DNA of 64,000 nucleotides from Bispira polyomma (Eukaryota): NCBI GenBank assembly GCA_965649765.1, contig OZ287757.1, positions 47,306,001 to 47,370,000 of the forward strand, read 5' to 3'. Shown piece by piece: positions 1 to 12,164 of this stretch (position 1 is its first letter; each line of letters starts with the position of its first letter). The notes under the pieces were generated by a model. It saw only the letters and a program-made list of their open reading frames with translations, ran no database searches and was not told where the DNA came from. The position numbers and the translations under genes were made by a program.

Positions 1-845
1 GATCTGGACTAGCCCTCTTATTTTTATTCTTCCTCTGTGCCTCTGAATCTTCAGATGAAACCCCCACCACAAACTCCGAAGTTCACTCCTTCAGCTTCGT
101 CTTGATTCTCTTGCCTCTAGACAGTATGAATGTTATGTGTAATAAAAAAAACAAAGCTATAAAATCGTCCCTAAACTCAAAACATAAAATATATTAAAAC
201 AATAAAAAGTCTTCCTAATAAAAACACAACATGTATATATAGCCAGCAGTCTCCAAATACGAAGAGTGCGACATTGCTGGGATGTATTTATACCCAAAAC
301 AACCTGACACGCTAGTTCAATCCTTTTGGTTAGCAGTGAAGATGTCAAATCCTAATGACTCTAAGATTGATCTATTAATCCCCTGTTCGATCTTTTACCT
401 CCCCCGGCAGATCCTATAGTCAATAGGTTCTGTTCTACTCTGGATAAAACAATGTATTATGTTCAAGTTCGAACGGGGTGACAATAAGTTTGATCGAAAC
501 GCAATCCGTCAGATCGGGATATCAATAAGTTTGATCCTAACAATGGCCCGTTCTGTCCTACCCAAATAGGGGCAAACTCGCCTACGGACATGTGCTAGGA
601 CAGGCCTGGAGTGCGATAAGACCTATCCGACAGAACGTATTGACAATATGATCAATTATATTAAGCAATATGTTTTTAAGGTTCAGGGAGCTAGTCCAGC
701 AAACTTTTGGAAAATATCAAACATGTTTGATCTTCGTAGCGACCACTGTGTTCGCCCGGTTTTGGTCCCCCAAAGTATACAAACCTGCCTCGGACTTCAA
801 AATCGTGAAGGTCGGGGACAAAATCGTCAATGTGGAACTGCTACA
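1..845. mobile_element. Right part of a Harbinger/PIF-like DNA transposon (less deleted variant)
   Basis: 573-845 matches the right end and TIR of the element at 21873-23207. Repeats at ~485-540 (caataagtttgatc) are inverted relatives of that element's left subterminal motif. Assignment of 1-480 is inference. Confidence 0.55.
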
Positions 846-1974
846 TTAGATAATAACATACTAATCCCGCAATCTCTTAATTATGCGGTTAGCAGCTAAA
901 ACTATGAAGATGGGGCCTTTTTGAAAAGAGGTGGCATTGTAGCTCTGTTAGATAGATTTATAATATAGATCTTGCAATTATATATTGTGTGGTTATAGTT
1001 TTAAATACATATTGCACAGTAAAGTCAATTTGTTGTGCCAATAGTCTCCCATGTTTATCATATGTGTGTAAATCATGTGATGCTTATATCAACTAAAATA
1101 AGTCAAAGCGAAACAATATGTAAAGCACAACCCATGACAAACCAGAGACATACAGGAATTTGATTGAAAGGAACAAAACCATAGCTATAATTGCCTCTGT
1201 CCGCCTCTAGCCACTTTTAACACCCTATAACCGTTGGTGGAATATTTGCTGACAGTCGAGCATAGTGACAGATAGTTAGAGATGGTTACAGATGCGGTTA
1301 CAGATGCGGTTACAGATGCGGTTAAGCTACAGCCTGAGTTATATATCTATGATGTAAACACATCGACGACTGAATTATAAATAAGCCAACATTTGAAACT
1401 TCCCAATTTCTAGATACCAGTTACAGAACCGCCCCCAACCTTCTACCACCTCCCATCACCGAGAAAGAAACTTATGTCACCATTGATTTCTGTGACTCTT
1501 CTGATTGCTTACCCTTTTCGACCTAACATTACCTTGTGTAACCTTATCTCAGCCGTGTTAAACTGTTATGGTACTTGGAGACACTGTATAAAGGTCGGGT
1601 CATACTGTAATTTACCCTGAGGCTCACTTATCACCACTGAAGCGTAATCGTCCCAAAGCTCATTTGCTTATTTCCAGGTGACATGAGAAGAAGTTTACAG
1701 AAGGTACGTAACCTTGTATAACCTTTTACTACCACCTACAACATCTGCAATGTCTGACCGGGGCATAAGAAAAGGAAAACACGTTAAAAATATAAATACA
1801 ATACAATGTATCAACAGTACAAAACAAAAACTTTAAAATCTGGGGTGTTAGGTCATTCACCAAGAATGTGCCCTTCGGCTTTTCGTCAAAGAAGGCATCA
1901 GATATATTCAATTACATATATATTTGCAGTTTATAGATTCATCTTCCGCACTAACTGTTTAAAATTTTACACAT

Positions 1975-2150
1975 TTGCTTGCCACTGTTGGAGGTGAAGT
2001 TCCAAATATTTACGGTTAAACTTTTGTACTTTGAGGACCATTGTTTTGTAGCCACTTCAGGATTGACACAAATTATGATTTCTGGAAAATCTCCTCCAGG
2101 GGCATGTGGTCAGCTTTTACCTGTATCCTGTCTCAGTCAACAAAATCCTT
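1975..2150 (-). mobile_element. Degenerate Gypsy-type LTR retrotransposon RNase H fragment
   Basis: Reads DRIQVKADHMPLEEIFQKS..(frameshift)..TMVLKVQKFN, matching the Gypsy RNase H pattern TDHKPL..IF.K....P.RLQR..L.LQ.F. Also at 24460-24660 and 54043-54243. Confidence 0.6.
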
Positions 2151-2566
2151 GCAAAATAGAGATCTTATTGGGTCTCAAGATAGTGAATCAATTTGAATCA
2201 TTAAAATAAAATATAATAAATATTGATTATGATTTGAAAACATTATAACCAGGATGCCCTCGTGTATGAATTCATCAAACAGAAACCAATGAACAAAGGC
2301 TTCATATCAAAGGCTTTATATGTATGCAGCATATGTACACTTGACTAAATAAACATCTGTAATTCTAAATATTAGTCAGTGTATTTGCTTAATCTGAAGT
2401 TGATTTCTCAAAGAAAATTTAACCTCATCCTTTCTAAATATGTTAAAAAACACTTTTCAAACGCTTTTTTTAATGATAGATTGCGACCTCAGTTGTGTAG
2501 TAGTAAGACACTCACCTCAGAATCAGACACTCAGAATCTCAGCGCTGGTCAGTATGCTAGCTGAAG

Positions 2567-2712
2567 GCTGCTTTTGACACAATTGATCACAGCACACTTC
2601 TTGAATGGTTGTCATCATGGTTTGGTTTCCATGGCACTTTCTTAAAACTGTTTACTTCATATCTCTCAGATCGATTCTAAGTAGTTAATATAGGCTTGGC
2701 TCTGTCAGACAT
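2567..2712 (+). mobile_element. L2/CR1-group LINE reverse transcriptase fragment
   Basis: AAFDTIDHSTLLEWLSSWFGFHGTFLKLFTSYLSDRF, the typical AAFDTxDH...SYLSDR RT motif. Also at 25052-25197 and 54635-54780. Preceded by a tRNA-like SINE head (~2484-2566). Confidence 0.8.
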
Positions 2713-4717
2713 ACATATTAACTGGAGTGGCAAAATAAACTTTATTTTCAATTTTTTTCACAAAAATAAATAATATTTAATAGCAATTATTCCCAAACTC
2801 AATAATATCAGACTGCCCGACTGTTTTAAAGCAAACATGCAGTTAATGGAACATACTGGGTCCTTTATGTGGATTTGAAACATTGCGCAAAAGCCATTTT
2901 GCCCGGTGATGTACATCGATGATGCAAATTTTAGAAGTGATAATACAAAATCCTTATTAATATGGAGGAATGCTAGAGCATTATGGTTAAAACTATAACA
3001 TTGGTTTTATAGTAACTTTTACTTTACAGAGTATGGCAGTTATAAAATTTAAATATTTAAATTTGTATATACAGATATGATATATTTTTAAAAACTTGTA
3101 AACAAAATATCTCAAAACTGCTCTTTAGACGCATTTTGTTAGACTTTGCAAAGGGAATATATAAGTGAGTTTTATATAAAAATATCTAACAACACCTCAG
3201 TTCAATCTTATGACCATTGATATTTTTGTTTTTCAAATGTAATTTATCAAACGTTTGACATTCCGATTCATTAAATGGCCTCAAAAGTTCTTCCATCGAG
3301 AAAAATATCCAAAAACTATTAGCTGATTGCGTGTTGGCTCATAAATCATGTCATTCTGTCTGTTTTGGCATGTGACACATAGCTTAGACCTGTCATGATA
3401 GATCACTAAATCCTATTCAGCAGCTTCCTCCCCCCCCCCTCCCCTTCCCCATCCAAAAACAGTTGGGAAATATCTGTTTTCAAATCCATCAAATTCAGTA
3501 ATATCTGTTGGACACAGATTCAGGTTTATTGCAGCAAAATTGTTCGCCGATTTTGTATATTTTGTTAGCCAACGCCTGTAAACCCTCCAGATCTGTATTA
3601 CATGATAAACATAGAAAATATTTGTCACAAGATAGTATGTCTTATTATCATCTGTGATATTAGCTGGGTTTGATAAGATTTTTGATAGACGTTTTAAAAA
3701 GAATGCAGAGCAGGGGTAACTTGTTCTATTTTCATCAACAATATATTTCTTAATATTTTCATCAACAATATATTTCTTAATATGTGTTTAATTCAATTTT
3801 TCCAACAAAACTCCATTTTTCCTGCTCTAACCCTATTGGTAAAAAAAAATGAATATTTTATTATACAAAACTCAGTTACTTGTATTCTAAAAGTAAAATT
3901 TTATCTACGAAGTAGGTAAACATTTTTCGAGAATATGATATGCCACAATTTGGATCCAAGTAAGTGTAAAACCCAAAAAAGGTTCTAAATCTAAGTAATG
4001 CATTTATCGCACGTTGAAGAATACTACCCCTCTTCCACAATCATGAACATCCATCCCCACACACAAGTAATACACTTAATAGGTATAACCATTCCACTAT
4101 TCCATTTATAACTTATAATTTTCACCAAAGCTTACATCATTTAAAGTGATATCCAATTTAAGCTACTTTACTGTGTCATTTTTTAAATCATAGAAATACT
4201 ACTATTAAAGTAATTGATTGATGGATTGGCTTGTTTCTTATATGACATAAGCACTTATGCTATGTTACGTGTTTACTAGTATTATATGTATATCTCATTT
4301 AAGGTAAGATTCCCCTAACCAACAGCCTTAACTTATTCAAATGATAAAAAAATTATGTTTTATATAATTATATACCTATAAACTACCTTCTAAACACACT
4401 TAAATCTAAAAAGATCTAAATTTCTTTGCTTTTTTTTGTTTTTAAGGCATGGTAATTAATATTTTAGGCATGTAACTTACACTGTGTCTTAAATTAAGAG
4501 GGACACCCCTTATATTCTTAGGGGGAGTATTGATTTAACAACTCACTGTCTTCTACTACTGCAGATAATCTTATATAAGTTAGACTTCTGCCTAGTTATG
4601 CACATATTTTCAGAAGGGGACTTTGTCAATTGCCTGTTGAGAGTCTGCTGAGGAACAGTTTGACTGAATCTGCTGAGGAGAAGTGTAACTAAATCTGCTG
4701 AGGAGAAGAGAAGAACC

Positions 4718-5086
4718 ATGTATCAGATGCTATTACTACTCTCGGTTCTTCCTGGTGCTTTGGCCCTTGGTAGGCCAGCGCCCCTTGGTAGTCCAGAGCC
4801 CTTTGGTAGCCCAGCGCCCTTTGGTAGCACATCGCCCCGTGGTAGCCCAGAGCCCTTTGGTAACCCAGCGCCCTTTGGTAGCACAGCACCCCGTGGTAGC
4901 CCAGAGCCCTTTGGTAACCCAGCGCCCTTTGGTAGCACAGCGCCCCGTGGTAGCCCAGAACCCTTTGGTAGCTCAGTGCCCTTTGGTAGCACAGCGCCGC
5001 GTGGTAGCCCACCGACCCTTGGTAGCACAGCCACGTGCAACACAGAACAGGACAGCTACTCTGTGACCGTGATGGAAAATGCTGCA
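4718..5086 (+). CDS. Secreted repeat/Cys-rich protein, copy 1, exon 1 (signal peptide and hexapeptide repeats)
   Basis: accATG start context; MYQMLLLLSVLPGALA signal peptide; 15 GSxxPF/R units; phase-0 donor GCA|gttaagt. Confidence 0.8.
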
Positions 5087-6069
5087 GTTAAGTCTGTTTT
5101 AATATGAATTCCTTTTATCTTGTAGTTAATGTCTTTTGAAGTACTAAACTTTTAAACCAGGGGTGGTATTCTCAGCAAAAGTGACAATTCATTAATTTCT
5201 TCCATGTCAAGTATTTGTCTTAATTTTTTTTGGCTTAATGAGATCCACGTGGTATATTTTCAATGAAATGTTTATTATTACTTATGGTGTTGAATAAAAA
5301 CTTCATTAGAATTCAAGTGACAAAACTAACATGTTCCCTTAGATGGTACCATATTCATTTTAGCACAAAAAGTTAGAGCTGAGGAAAATGGACTGTAATA
5401 AGTATATTTAACCAGTAAAAAGAGAAGTGTTGATTCTAAATGAACTTAAGCAAGTGGAGTTAATTTCTCTTTTCATGAGAACAGTACTTTACTTACTGAA
5501 AGCCTGGTCACACCTACACGTACTGGAGCTACATGTGTGTGACGTTTTGAACTGTCTTGAAATGTAGTAAAAGGTAATGCAAAAGTGAGGATTCGTTCTG
5601 TGACATTGCTTAAACATCTCTGTTTAGTCCAATGCCATGATTACTTCAAACTGTTTGAAATAATCGTGGCAGAGCTCTCCGTTTCTCGAAGACATCTCCA
5701 CTCATCTGTATAAGTAGCATAACGTAGCAGTAAGAAGCAGTAAGTAACAGTAGGTGGTATCGCGTCTGTATTCATCGTGGAACGTTTTACCAAATAGCAG
5801 AACGCAACAGAACGCAGCAGCAAGTAGCAGTACAGTAGCTCTATGTAGTAGTAGGTAGTGATATCCTACCAGTAATGTGTTCGATTTATGACCCCGCTCT
5901 GTGTGTATAAGTACCAACATCGTCATTGGACAGGTAATATTTACACTATGGCAGATGAACTGAATGCTGAAGAGTCTTTTGTTAATCGTGATATATTTGA
6001 CCCTCAAAATATCACAGAAAAATTATAAAGCTTAATGCACATTGAAATGTCAGGAAATCTCACAAGCAT

Positions 6070-6420
6070 GCTAAAATGGAGAAAATATGTTTATTTCAAA
6101 AGTTATATTAAAGCTGAAAAGTATTTAAAAGTAGCATTAATGCATTTATCGCTCGTTGAACAAAGATCATTTCTCGATCAGGTTCGTCTTGGCATATTAC
6201 CACTGGCAATTGAAACTGTTAGATACTATAGAACTGCCCTTGAAGCAAGATTGTGTAAAATATGTAGTTAAGAATTAATTGAGGATGAAATTTATTTTGT
6301 ATGTGTGTGTGATTGTTATGATCAGGAGCGTAAAACATTGTATGCTAAAATGAGTACACTTTTCCATGGTTTTGTTTACTTTGATATTTATGTTAAACTT
6401 AATAAAAAAATGCATTTGGT
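6070..6420 (+). mobile_element. LINE (CR1/L2 group) ORF2 C-terminal fragment, copy 1 only
   Basis: RLGILPLAIETVRY...RLCKICS*ELIEDEIYFVCVC, the LINE C-terminal Zn-finger pattern. In copies 2 and 3 catgctaaaa joins directly to the minisatellite. Confidence 0.7.
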
Positions 6421-6555
6421 CCAAAATAACTTGTATGTAGAAAGTGTCTGAATGAAATTAAAGTGATTTATTGAGCAAAACTAACTGATCAAACACATTT
6501 GTATAGGTATTCTAAGTGACAATAAAGTACAATAAAATATATACACTAGTTCATT

Positions 6556-7097
6556 TCTATTATAAGTACAAACATCAGGTCTTTATTGCTATTATAAGTA
6601 CAAACATCAGGACGTTATTGCTATTAAAGTACAAACATCAGGACTTTATTGCTATTATAAGAACAAACATCAGGACTTTATTGCTATTAAAGTACAAACA
6701 TCAGGACTTTATTGCTATTAAAGTACAAACATCAGGACTTTAGTGTTATTAAAGTACAAACATCAGGACTTTATTACTATTAAAGTACCAACATCAAGGC
6801 TTTATTGCTATTAAAGTACAAACATCCGGACTTTATTGCTATTAAAGTACAAACATCATAACTTTATTCCTATTAAAGTACAAACATCAGCACTTTATTG
6901 CTATTAAAGTACAAATTTCAGGACTTTATTGCTATTAAAGTACAAACATCAGGACTTTATTACTATTAAAGTACAAACATGAGGATTTTATTGCTATTAA
7001 GTACAAACATCAGGACTTTGTTGCTATTATAATTAAAGTACAAATATCAGGACTTTATTGCTATTATAAGTACAAATATCGGGACATAATTGCCATT
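6556..7097 (+). repeat. 31-bp minisatellite (ggactttattgctattaaagtacaaacatca), ~17 units
   Basis: Direct tandem repeats in intron 1. Confidence 0.95.
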
Positions 7098-7457
7098 ATC
7101 TTACACCAGCTGTCTAATACTTAAGTATGAAAAGGTGTAACAATGTTTTTTTGGTTTTTGACATGAGCCCTTTTTGACAGTCTCATAAACTCTCACAAAA
7201 CATGACACACAGGAGAGGTGTATGACCTACAAGGATTGGTTAGAAGCAATTGATCCTGCCAAACTGAGGGGTTTCAGCTTGATAATATCAGGTGCTATCT
7301 GATATTGCCGCCATGTTGGAAGTAATATGTAAGGCATTCATGGATTGGTTGGAAGCAATCGACCTAGCTAAACTGATGGGTATCAGATTAATATTTATCA
7401 CACTGCGCACCTGTGTCTTTTTTAAATTACAACTCTTGTTTTCTCTGGTATTTTCAG

Positions 7458-7521
7458 CTGACTTGTGCTTTGGGAAAGTTGTCAGGTTGTGGTGAAATCG
7501 TACTGACTGAAGAGGAAAAAG
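7458..7521 (+). CDS. Secreted repeat/Cys-rich protein, copy 1, exon 2
   Basis: Acceptor ttttcag|, donor G|gtattt; LTCALGKLSGCGEIVLTEEEK; phase 0 to 1; no indels in any copy. Confidence 0.7.
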
Positions 7522-7888
7522 GTATTTGGCAGTATTTATAATACACTACAGTCAGTCTGTGTGGTCAATAATGTGCTTCTAGTACCCTGATAATGGTTAA
7601 AAGTTAACTGTACATGTCTAGGTTTCAAATCCGGTTATCACCCCATATAATGAGGTCCCACCTGACTACAATTTGCACACGACAAGCCTGGGTTCTCACA
7701 CCTGTCCACCAGTTGTTCACTCTCCACTCTCTGAAGAAGCATATATACTATCAATGCTTCCACACATGGGGCAATGATTATAACACTGCCCATTACAGGC
7801 AATCTACCCATGCATTCACCTTCTTTTTAAGGGAAGAAGTCAATGTAAAAACAGATTTATTAAAATGTTGTTAATAGTTACAATGTTT

Positions 7889-8128
7889 CATTGTTACACA
7901 TCAAGTATTACTACATTGTTACACATCAAGTATTAATACATTCGAGTATTAATACATTGCTACACATCTAGTACTAATATATTGCTACACATCTAGTATT
8001 AATATATTGCTACACATCAAGTATTAATATACTGCTACACATCAAGGTTTAATACATAGCTACACATCAAGTAATAATACATAGCCTCAGATCAAGTATT
8101 AATACATTGCAACACAACAAGTATTAAT
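7889..8128 (+). repeat. 25-bp minisatellite (tacacatcaagtattaatacatagc), ~9 degenerate units
   Basis: Direct tandem repeats in intron 2. Confidence 0.9.
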
Positions 8129-8652
8129 CCTGTCTGACAAGTTATCCGACCTTGTGTCTCAGTCAACTTCACAACTGATCGAGTGTTTTTGGTCTAATAT
8201 TGGCTAAAATAGTAAGTTATTGGCACCCAAATAATTACCATATAGTCTAGAGTAATGTTTTACACAGGCCACACTGGGCTCAAAAGGACAAACTTGTGTG
8301 GAATTCGATTTGATGTGATTTAGGTATAACATCGCTTTTAACATATTTTATAGGTCATATCACAATATGCAATATATACTAGTTGGTCAACATTGTACAC
8401 TCTAGAGTTGTTGTTTAATGTTCATACAATCTTATATGTCTTTGTGTGGAACGATTCTGGAAGTCACTGCTTAATAGGGTGCCGACATATTGTATTTGGC
8501 GGTACTGATACTTAACATTAAACCCTTACGATACAACACTATAGACTAATAGTCAGGAGAACTACTTCTAAAGTCTACTTTATCTAGTTTATTTCCATTC
8601 TGTTTTCATGGTTCTGTTCTGAATGAAGTGTGCACCCTAAGATAAAATTTAA

Positions 8653-8831
8653 CCCTTTTGATCCTAAAAGAAAACTATTGCCAGGAACTAAAGAGAATTT
8701 TTCGGTAATCGGCTACACATAGCTGGACCACAGACTACTTCCGGCATTCAATAAGAGTCTTGCATATGGGAAACTAAATAAATATTTTAGGGGTCTTGAC
8801 TGCTGGTCGGCAGACATACGGGTCAAAAGGG
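8653..8831. mobile_element. piggyBac-like MITE
   Basis: ttaa|cccttttgatcc ... gggtcaaaaggg|ttaa: CCC-starting TIRs with a TTAA TSD. Also at 38212-38385 and 61981-62154. Confidence 0.75.
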
Positions 8832-9332
8832 TTAAACATAACAAAATTACATCGGTTGGTTCACTGGTACAAATATAGATTCCAGCATAGTAGTGTTTGC
8901 GTCAACCAATATTAATTCTCACAAGAAGCTTTGGCTGCTTCTCAGTCATCGTAGTGGACAACACTAAATCGGAGGTAAAATTACAGATTTTAAAATGTGT
9001 ACAATAGTCCAATGCAATGTTGTATTGTTTGTATAATTTGTGTCATTTCTACTCTTGATAAAGCAAATGGCTAAAGCTTTAAACTGTAGCAGAAAATATA
9101 TATTCTGTGAGAAGAAACTCTATTCGCTAAGACCAAAATACAATTATTTTTTGTAAAAAATAGTTTCTCAAACAGAAATCAAACCTGTTAACTCTCAAAT
9201 CTAAGTATAATGCTACATTTACGTTTTGAATATACATTACATTATCATAATCTAAAAAATCCCTTTAAAAGTACACACCTTGATTTATGTTGGTATTCTT
9301 TAGTATTTACTGTCATTTTCTTTATATTTCAG

Positions 9333-9383
9333 CGGCCCTAGCCTTTGTGACTGATGGCATTGGAAACTCTTCGTTCAGACAAG
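9333..9383 (+). CDS. Secreted repeat/Cys-rich protein, copy 1, exon 3
   Basis: Strong acceptor ttttctttatatttcag|, donor AG|gtaaac; only the phase-1 frame is open: (A)ALAFVTDGIGNSSFRQ. Confidence 0.7.
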
Positions 9384-10666
9384 GTAAACCACATTGAGTG
9401 CTGAATTTCAATATCTGTATTTGATAATGATCAACTGTTCTATCAATGGTGTTGAGACATGTGGTTTTACCATGGCCTATTTTGTTGTTAAGGAGTTGGT
9501 TGAGAAGGTCCCTGGATTGTCTGATCAGTTGGCAGAGTTGGTCTGGTGACTGGGTGGTCTCCAGTTCCACGCATGTGTAATATCAATATATGTCAATGCT
9601 CTAAACACTCCGACCTCTGGGATTTCTCCTTTTGCTCAACTGTTGGTGTACTGGACTATTAATCTTAAGATACCCAAAGTCCATGGAATGAATCCCACCA
9701 GAAGCAAGCCTCTTTCTACTTTTACACCTGCTAATGCAGCTTTGTTCTTTGTTTAGAAAACATCCTTGGACAAGATATGAATACGCCATTGCCTACTGAT
9801 GACTAACAAGGTTATGTCATAGGACCATCCATTTCAGAGAAAAACATGTTTATGAGATTTTTATTTTATTTTATTCTATTTATAATATGAGAGTTTTTGG
9901 CATGGCATTACTCCCCCAATTTGCAGTAATGAGTGTCAAAATTATCACTTTCAATTTTGTTACAAGATCATGCGACTATGTATTAGCCAGTGAAAATTGA
10001 GGATGTGACACATACATCCGACATCCTCATTTGAACTGAAAATTGCAGACAATTGCAGACAAATTTCTTGACATCAGTTTTGCTTCATTGTATTCTCTGT
10101 TTATCAAGCTGTACGCCAGCAGAAGAATCAGAAATTAAATATTTAGACATGTACAGTTACTACTAAACTACATAGGTGAAACTAGGAATTTGTTAAGGTC
10201 CTAGAATATATTGTGAACATAAATGTTAATTTTTTGGTTGCTAGCCTCATGTTTCTATCACCAGTAAAAATTATTTAAAGAGGGGCGGTGTATAATAATT
10301 ATTGCTTGGAAGGGCCAGTCACCTTATGACACCTCTTTGTTGCCTACCAGTCCTCATCGAAGGGAGCCAAATTTGGGGATATTTTTTGTAAAATTTTGTA
10401 CCGAGCAGTCGTTTATTGGAGTATGATATTAGTCATCTTTCTATCTGAATGCCCCAATAACAAACATGAATCTGACAACCATATTTCAATATTTATGTTC
10501 ACAATATGTTGAGGTAATGGATCTTCCCGACCCATACCCCCTCATTACGACATCCTGGGTGCAACTATTGGTCCGCTGATACTGATTTATATTAGGCTGC
10601 TCAAAACCTATATGCCCAAAAAAATCATTGTTCTGGTACTGTTTCTCTATCACTGCTTGTATCCAG

Positions 10667-10793
10667 TGACTAGAAGACCAGGGCCTCCCATAGGGTCTAA
10701 ATTGGGATGTCTCGTCACTTGCACCGGTGGGAGCTGCAAATGCTTTGGAGGCAATCTGTGTGGATGCAGGTGTGGCACTTCTGGCCAACCAAT
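10667..10793 (+). CDS. Secreted repeat/Cys-rich protein, copy 1, exon 4 (Cys-rich domain)
   Basis: Acceptor tttctctatcactgcttgtatccag|; (V)TRRPGPPIGSKLGCLVTCTGGSCKCFGGNLCGCRCGTSGQP; donor AT|gtaaga, phase 2. Confidence 0.8.
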
Positions 10794-11279
10794 GTAAGAC
10801 TTCATTTTTTACCCCATCATGTTTGCCTCTCAATGTGGATACAAATCCTATTCATTATCGCATGTGGGAAAGTCTTATCTAGTACTAACCATAGGTAGGT
10901 TGTTTACAATGCTTTACCCTTAAAATCTGGCTATCGTAATATGGCCCATATGCTGTTGAAAGCAATGGTTAAACCAAACTATCAATAAGTACACAAATTA
11001 TGAGTAAATAATGTTGGCATGTTTGGTATAATATAATAACTTGACGAGTGATAAGTAGAAACAAAAAAAAACAAGACAAAGATAGAATGATCACTCATTG
11101 CGGATATATGTGTCTATACACTTTACCTATGGTATGTTGATGAGGTTCTAAAGGATTTGTGTAAAAGTGTGTTTTTAAATCCCGTTGGTCAAATATTGGC
11201 TCCAAATTACTGTGTCTCTTACCATTTCCAAGATATTCAAAAATTTTAAGATGGTTGCCTAAATCTTGGACATTTCAAC

Positions 11280-11920
11280 ATTGACAGACATATTCAGCAA
11301 AACAATCCCTCACGGATATAGCTTGGAATTCTAGGAATAAGCAAAGTACTTCCAACAAAAACGTTTAAATATACCTTATTCACTCATCTGCTGGGAAAAT
11401 ACTAGACTTTAATGCATCAAATAAAACAATGGGCTGGAGTTTAAACTTTTTACAATACTTTAGACTGAAAAGTATGATTTCCGCTCAGCAGTGGATAAAG
11501 CAAATAGAACCTTTACTGATAGACAATAATAAATGCTTACTCGATTTAATATATGTAAAAATACATATTAAACTTTGGTTAATGACTGAAGTAAACCCTA
11601 ATGAAATATACCAAGAATTGGTTTGCAGGTCATCAAAACCACCACTATCACTGTGTACATGGATTAACATACATCCGTTCTTAAAAAATTATTTGTGGTC
11701 TATATCTTTCATGTTACCATTTTAAACTATACAGGAACCATACTTTCAAAGTTTCCAATATAAGGTTATACAGAAAATAATCAACTTCAGACATAATCTT
11801 TTCAAATGGAAAATAACAGATAGTCCGAATTGTCCTTATTGGTCACTAGTTGATACAATAGAAAATCTCCTTCATTACTGCCAAGTTTGCAAATATTTTT
11901 GGAAAAAACTCATTATCTTT
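11280..11920 (+). mobile_element. Tx1/L1-like LINE ORF2 3' fragment
   Basis: QSFQYKVIQKII...LFKWKITDSPNCPY...DTIENLLHYC...FWK pattern, with stops. Also at ~40850-41490. Confidence 0.7.
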
Positions 11921-12164
11921 ATATGTGTAAAATATGTATGTGTACATTGCAAAATATTGAAATTGTGTACATATTGTTGTAGTACAAAAGTGTAATAATC
12001 ACATATTCGTGAGAAAATTTAAGAGTTTTTATGTCACGTGTATAATGTGTATCTATATATTAAAACAATAACAGAACAGGTAAATGTTTAAACATAACTT
12101 AAAAAAAAATAACTAAAAAATATCATTTAAGAATATGGCCCCTCACTTGTTTTGTGTTGTGCAG

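Noticed and set aside
3425-3452. Poly-C tract unique to copy 1 (possible G-quadruplex)
   Set aside because: Simple low-complexity indel with no supporting context.
4689-5066. Alternative-frame and antisense ORFs over the 18-nt repeat (GYQRAL, LPRGA, PLVAQ repeats); also at 27522-27949 and 57105-57532
   Set aside because: Shadow ORFs of a stop-free repeat; only the 4718 frame has a good start context, a signal peptide and a compatible splice path.
7622-7650. Alternative terminal exon GFKSGYHPI* in phase with exon 2
   Set aside because: Poor polypyrimidine tract, and ggtttcgaatcc looks like a SINE B box; not excluded but unsupported.
6556-8128. CRISPR-like arrays of 25-31 bp repeats
   Set aside because: Head-to-tail repeats with no unique spacers, no cas genes, eukaryotic context. 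The KYKHQDF ORFs are translations of the minisatellite.
9322-9570. Minus-strand 82-aa ORF (QSPDQLCQLIRQ...) conserved in all copies
   Set aside because: Starts at GTG in copy 1, has no good acceptor and overlaps + strand exon 3; its conservation is explained by recent duplication.
9490-9660. TGA-interrupted Cys-containing + frame as a possible selenoprotein exon
   Set aside because: No SECIS-like element or selenoprotein motif seen; several frames are partly open by chance.
10612-10797. Single-exon 61-aa peptide with a hydrophobic N-terminus (MPKKIIVLVLFLY)
   Set aside because: The hydrophobic stretch is best explained as the translated polypyrimidine tract of the acceptor at 10666; a stand-alone peptide is less likely but not impossible.
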